Of a DNA stretch of 64,000 nucleotides, positions 62,631-64,000 are shown piece by piece; the stretch's first letter is position 1; every line of letters begins with the position of its first letter. Under the pieces are notes generated by a model that saw only the letters and a list, made by a program, of their open reading frames with translations, ran no database searches and was not told where the DNA came from. Position numbers and translations under genes: made by a program. The DNA comes from Lingula anatina. Its lineage: Eukaryota > Animalia > Brachiopoda. Where the stretch lies: positions 19,344,001-19,408,000 of the forward strand of contig CM120640.1 of the NCBI GenBank assembly GCA_051362555.1, in the 5' to 3' direction.

Positions 62631-63887
62631 TCTTTTTTATTTATTCTTTTTCTTAAATGACATTTTCACTCCAGTACTTGTGACTGAAAAGTTAATACAG
62701 CTAGATTGAATAGCAGCTTTCTTGGAATATTTTTGTTATATTTTCTTTTTTCATTTTTCATTTTTCAAACATTTTCAAGATGTGAATTTTCACTCCCATC
62801 CACCTGAAGCTCTGTACAAGTAACTTTTTCTGTATTTCCGTATAAACAAAAATAGTAATGGTGTTTATGCTGTTAAGCATTATGTATTATTATTTTGTGT
62901 ACTGTTACCATTTTTCACATATTGGAATTTTCATTATGAACTCTCATGGTCCTGAAACTAAATTCTTATTGCCCATGTTACCTGTAAGACTTGATTAAAA
63001 TTTGGCATTGATTGTGCTGTTATAAGCATTCTTTATTATTGTATCAAAATTGACAAAATGACCTATTTTGTGCATCTTTGTTTTCTGCTTTTTGTCTGTA
63101 CATTTGACAGCTTTGCTGCCTTGTTCAGTATGTAAATCATCTACATATAGTTATAATTGTTCATATGAATTGAAAGATGGCCAGCTTACAATATTTATTT
63201 TTCATCTTTATTTGAAATTGAAAGTAGTAAGAAATATATTTAGTATGTCCTGTTTTCTTAAAAGTTTATCACATGTTCATATTTGCTGAATTGCTTTTTT
63301 ATGCAGGTACTTAGACAAAGTGAGCTCAGAGGAGAGCAAGAACTTTGATGGTCATTATTTCAGGGAGTCTTTAGCTAGTCCACAACCAAAACCTTGGGAT
63401 CAGGTGTGTATTTAATTTTCACAAAAAAAAAAACACATCTTTGCCTTCTTTATCACCAGGCTATTTTCCAGTGCTTAACTTGAGGTGCTGTTTTTTCCCC
63501 TAAAGCATTTTTTTTTCAATTTATATTTAAAGCAAAGTGAAGCTCATTCACTACGAACATTTAAAAAAAAACTACACATTTAGAACATCAGAATATTAGT
63601 GGTTACATTAACAGAAAACATCAATCTTTCTTACTATGATTATTTATCAAACACAAACCAAAATACTTTCATGCCATTAGCTTTCAAGCAAACTTGGACA
63701 TAGGTCTTCATCAGACTTCATATACGATCAAACTACAAAGTTAGTGAACAATTTTGCTCATCAGTCTTTCTTTTTTTTTTTAAAGGATTGGGCCAGGCAG
63801 AGGAGAGATACAGACTTGTACCCAATTCCACCATTGCAGCCAGCAAGAGAAAAACCTAACTATGCAGGGATCACTAATCCAGATGAG
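37938..63887 (+). CDS. SDS22-like leucine-rich-repeat protein with C-terminal coiled coil; multi-exon, continues past the right edge
   Basis: Phase-consistent GT-AG exons 37938-38098, 38795-38950, 39461-39650, 50527-50595, 51054-51185, 51898-52002, 52281-52408, 52813-52878, 63307-63403, 63786-63887. They encode LRRs (LRVLDASLNRI, LQTLNLSHNFI, LIELNLGMNEI, LTVLYLNNNKL, LRELYVQRNQI), an LRRcap (GNPIERENLYQ...VLDN) and a heptad-rich segment. Confidence 0.88.
41127..45101 (-). CDS. Intronless Toll-like receptor, multi-cysteine-cluster (protostome-type), with long acidic C-terminal tail; nested in the LRR gene intron
   Basis: Likely ATG at 45101 (MKTLWTW signal peptide). LRRNT CPKECQC, many LRRs, internal LRRCT/LRRNT (DCSKC...CFSSCNC), second LRRCT GNPIKCDC, TM helix, TIR (YDAYIAY...RDSEAG...SEWFPVEF...FW), then ~360 aa rich in D/N/S/T. 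Confidence 0.95.
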   Translation of the reverse strand: MKTLWTWISLSPMIIIITIVLNSAGTTESALLCPKECQCVDTSISCAYFNVFPGVLLMSEDAASAVTSLEVTCDTSVRYLLNLTSSEFAKFTKLESLRIKTQGLCALNDVGNNLFVTMTNLIFLEIKANDTSQVQTKFHPSTFAGLTALEKMRFILPRFQYRYIPPFMKDPTTFPFWPWGDVEFPKLHTLELAVNTGHGDQELCNNLFKPFTRVKQVVLRLPEMNLKLGCLESIQNLTIWNADNYLVTVVNFYLNSIPSKDFSSLTISKVWRWQFGGTSYQPKHLLKRLRLHVGDFIRMPEYVKRMKTLTHLEFTQQSYEDMTHHDFLSLTNLEYLDLSYNSVRINKRPNMKPIFDQNKTALEYIDLSYNYLGGLDENLLKSPPSLKYVNLSHNLINTADLGVLQGSPIKELNLAFNNIDTLTISGTINLNTLTILNLKRNRVQALPVNLFRSAPNIRYLNLANNIFQTVPINITMLESLEYLDLRDNPLTTFDSHNLVQLSIVSLQKLHLPLKNVHFLKYLSGEESKTLEIYLHGDNLDCSKCESVMATYAIFKFGYLKTQNVYCRNISSSSPAAGRDILAAGFDTKELGCINYQSCFSSCNCYWHQMKGQVFRVANCSDSFLTSLPRNFPNDTTVLEVQRNQLERFPNIALPNLWILSLKDNSITEIKNESLQHVPNLRYLSLEGNGITHIPEGFFNHTPHMITANLTGNPIKCDCSQRWIKDWMLQQEKNDRTIFVEAFCSNSSGTVINIKDFDFEEACVPQALKYIKTFDYVTLLVVLVLLIIVAILILLIYICRKELQVWIINRGWWKANILTNSAQRTYKYDAYIAYCDNNYSIIRDHFIPRLEQKHGYRLFIRDRDSEAGQPIAENVANAISKSYCTIALLSNSAMESEWFPVEFELTHSLSVEDKSRRLVIVKVGHLSKEALKTQKSIQLYLTTKTYLSWTDPDFWDKMHKILPDKPHPVFMGNEAYTEDTPDNGVRRENDYVQREGSYVAANVDVTVDDDFTDDDDVHSDHSFDTYCSGDNIPGHAIVNDNYYVSDNDQAHGNNYDHDAESDKSSTAADVENNLFNAETETTDVSVNNLDKPYDTHVHADAQPQNVTTELEPATDILSNSDSDNTKYDNDKDPQTLQDDRKSMNDSPSGSEKSDSQEESETPESSLTGSPVVEKDSLGVGTPSGKLSDKESDRYSSLSSLSLSLDLDESFSQLQVGNNLDNSGDVNGINSNGNTQIDNSTHLTLNGLSNANYQDKDNGNDIREQTDMTHGKMEQEMTNSTTHLTNNIITKPVAAPRSLNGNVSPIRTEDNSVSLGVDYREDAIEV
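50250..50315. repeat. Poly(A) tract
   Basis: About 40-nt A run followed by A-rich sequence. Confidence 0.9.
50857..50903. repeat. (ATTT)n microsatellite
   Basis: Seen directly in the sequence. Confidence 0.95.
51227..51429. mobile_element. Small MITE-like element
   Basis: 16-bp inverted repeat TCATAC(T/C)AGCTGGATC at 51227 and 51414-51429, with weaker inverted similarity extending out to ~51209 and ~51456. Confidence 0.5.
52954..56107 (+). mobile_element. HINE family A outer copy, interrupted by the inner copy and 3'-truncated
   Basis: Head hairpin at 52954. The sequence breaks at ...AATATAAGAA (~53373) and resumes at AAACAGATAG (~55166), which is contiguous in the other copies. Confidence 0.85.
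53374..55168 (-). mobile_element. HINE family A complete inner copy
   Basis: Both termini are present: head at 55135-55168 and 3' end AACAAGGCAGCAAAGCTGTCAAATGTACAGACA at 53374. Confidence 0.85.
57063..57265. repeat. 68-bp tandem repeat, three copies
   Basis: GTTTTGAAGACGCAATG...CCTCCTGATAGTG units start at 57063, 57131 and 57199. Confidence 0.92.
57842..58173. mobile_element. TTAA-target MITE (Kolobok-like ends) nested in the CMC element
   Basis: TTAA|AGGGATAATAACTCTTC ... GAAGAGTTATTATCACT|TTAA, a 17-bp TIR with 1 mismatch. Confidence 0.75.
58875..58983 (-). mobile_element. Diverged inverted end of the same TTAA MITE family
   Basis: Its reverse complement aligns with 57842-57940. It ends GAAGAGTTATTATTGCT|TTAA. 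Confidence 0.6.
59807..61780 (-). CDS. TRIM-NHL E3 ubiquitin ligase with intronless CDS (TRIM56/TRIM2/3-like), nested in the LRR gene intron
   Basis: 657-aa ORF: RING (CPLC...CRHTFCKGC...CHAC), B-box1 (CSFC..CITC..LCEKC..H), B-box2 (CPEH..YFCSDC..ICRDC..HDGH), coiled coil, and C-terminal NHL/beta-propeller repeats (PWGVA, PFGVCVD, PWGC). No filamin domain is evident. Confidence 0.93.
   Translation of the reverse strand: MATAHVSRDVKESLQVKIAEHFVTCPLCLEEYKDPTDLPCRHTFCKGCLKDYIPDLTPGSKFQCHACQKETEVPKDGLEGFSHNFFIESLQDTVLQSPHKQKCSFCALSFNTKTVATSKCITCHDYLCEKCSPLHCGTKFTKDHKVFTFQQMQSKEYQKEIQEQQKIFCPEHKDERIRYFCSDCNVPICRDCRDLHHDGHKLISLEKAAEIVKPKLQTKSLGIQRKLATGERKLAKIDKTLAKLQENESCVQQQIKARAAHLRQLIEQREKRLLQELHQTMSTHRNNLQISHKNCSAICSSIKTTTDVVKNILQHGAPIDALMLQHQLGQRLDELQSTSAVEEMPDEVNLTFSTNTEVDQEISSGAGLGNVQVSRQPALPKIKPKAESKLEFDTGITPMDISASPNREYVTTHLIDNEVKLFSSDGTFKKKINSVSDTQLKSPIEICHFPDGRMVLSDKDNNKVFIVSPQWKVQQTVDINNPWGVALNNNCTKIAVAQGRVKSVSVFSIDIKGKITLTDVIKDKDGKQLFNAPCEMAFMSNGCLVVSDTSPNKLHILTPSGDQLYQYTGPDNQLGRPFGVCVDEYDNILVTDHDNYCIHLVSPDGKFIQYIATKTDGLYEPWGCTINQDGDLVVTLPNGTKLGGKAKVFQYLENDML
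62572..62627. repeat. (AT)n microsatellite preceded by (GT)n
   Basis: Seen directly in the sequence. Confidence 0.96.
62690..63126 (+). mobile_element. Diverged 3' portion of a HINE family A-related element
   Basis: Ends with the exact family 3' terminus TTTTTGTCTGTACATTTGACAGCTTTGCTGCCTTGTT (~63089-63126). Upstream sequence resembles 55980-56105. Confidence 0.7.
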
Positions 63888-64000
63888 GTAGGTACAGGGT
63901 ATAGTTGTTACATTTTCTGATCTAAGTTGTATTCACACAAGGACTCACTTAGACTAGAAATAAACTAATATTGTTGTCATGAGATGACTGTAATAATTGA

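Overview
AT-rich, intron-rich animal genomic DNA, probably from a marine invertebrate (inferred from gene and repeat content). From left to right it holds: the 5' part of a C2CD5 orthologue (minus strand, running off the left edge); a decayed ~2.6 kb inverted-repeat-bounded transposon with a THAP-like remnant just upstream of it; a complete multi-exon CAD gene (minus, 11753-37121); a shared CpG-rich promoter with two CACGTG E-boxes; and a plus-strand SDS22-like LRR/coiled-coil gene running off the right edge. Each of the two ~10 kb introns of the LRR gene hosts an antisense gene with an intronless CDS: a multi-cysteine-cluster Toll-like receptor and a RING-B-box-coiled-coil-NHL (TRIM) ligase. 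Introns also contain Helentron-like (HINE) elements, one inserted head-to-head into another copy of its own family, a Harbinger deletion derivative, a CMC/EnSpm-like element, TTAA MITEs and a LINE RT fragment. The CAD DHOase-ATCase linker has a cluster of frame-preserving microexon candidates with downstream UGCAUG motifs. Exon boundaries were read by eye and no database searches were run.
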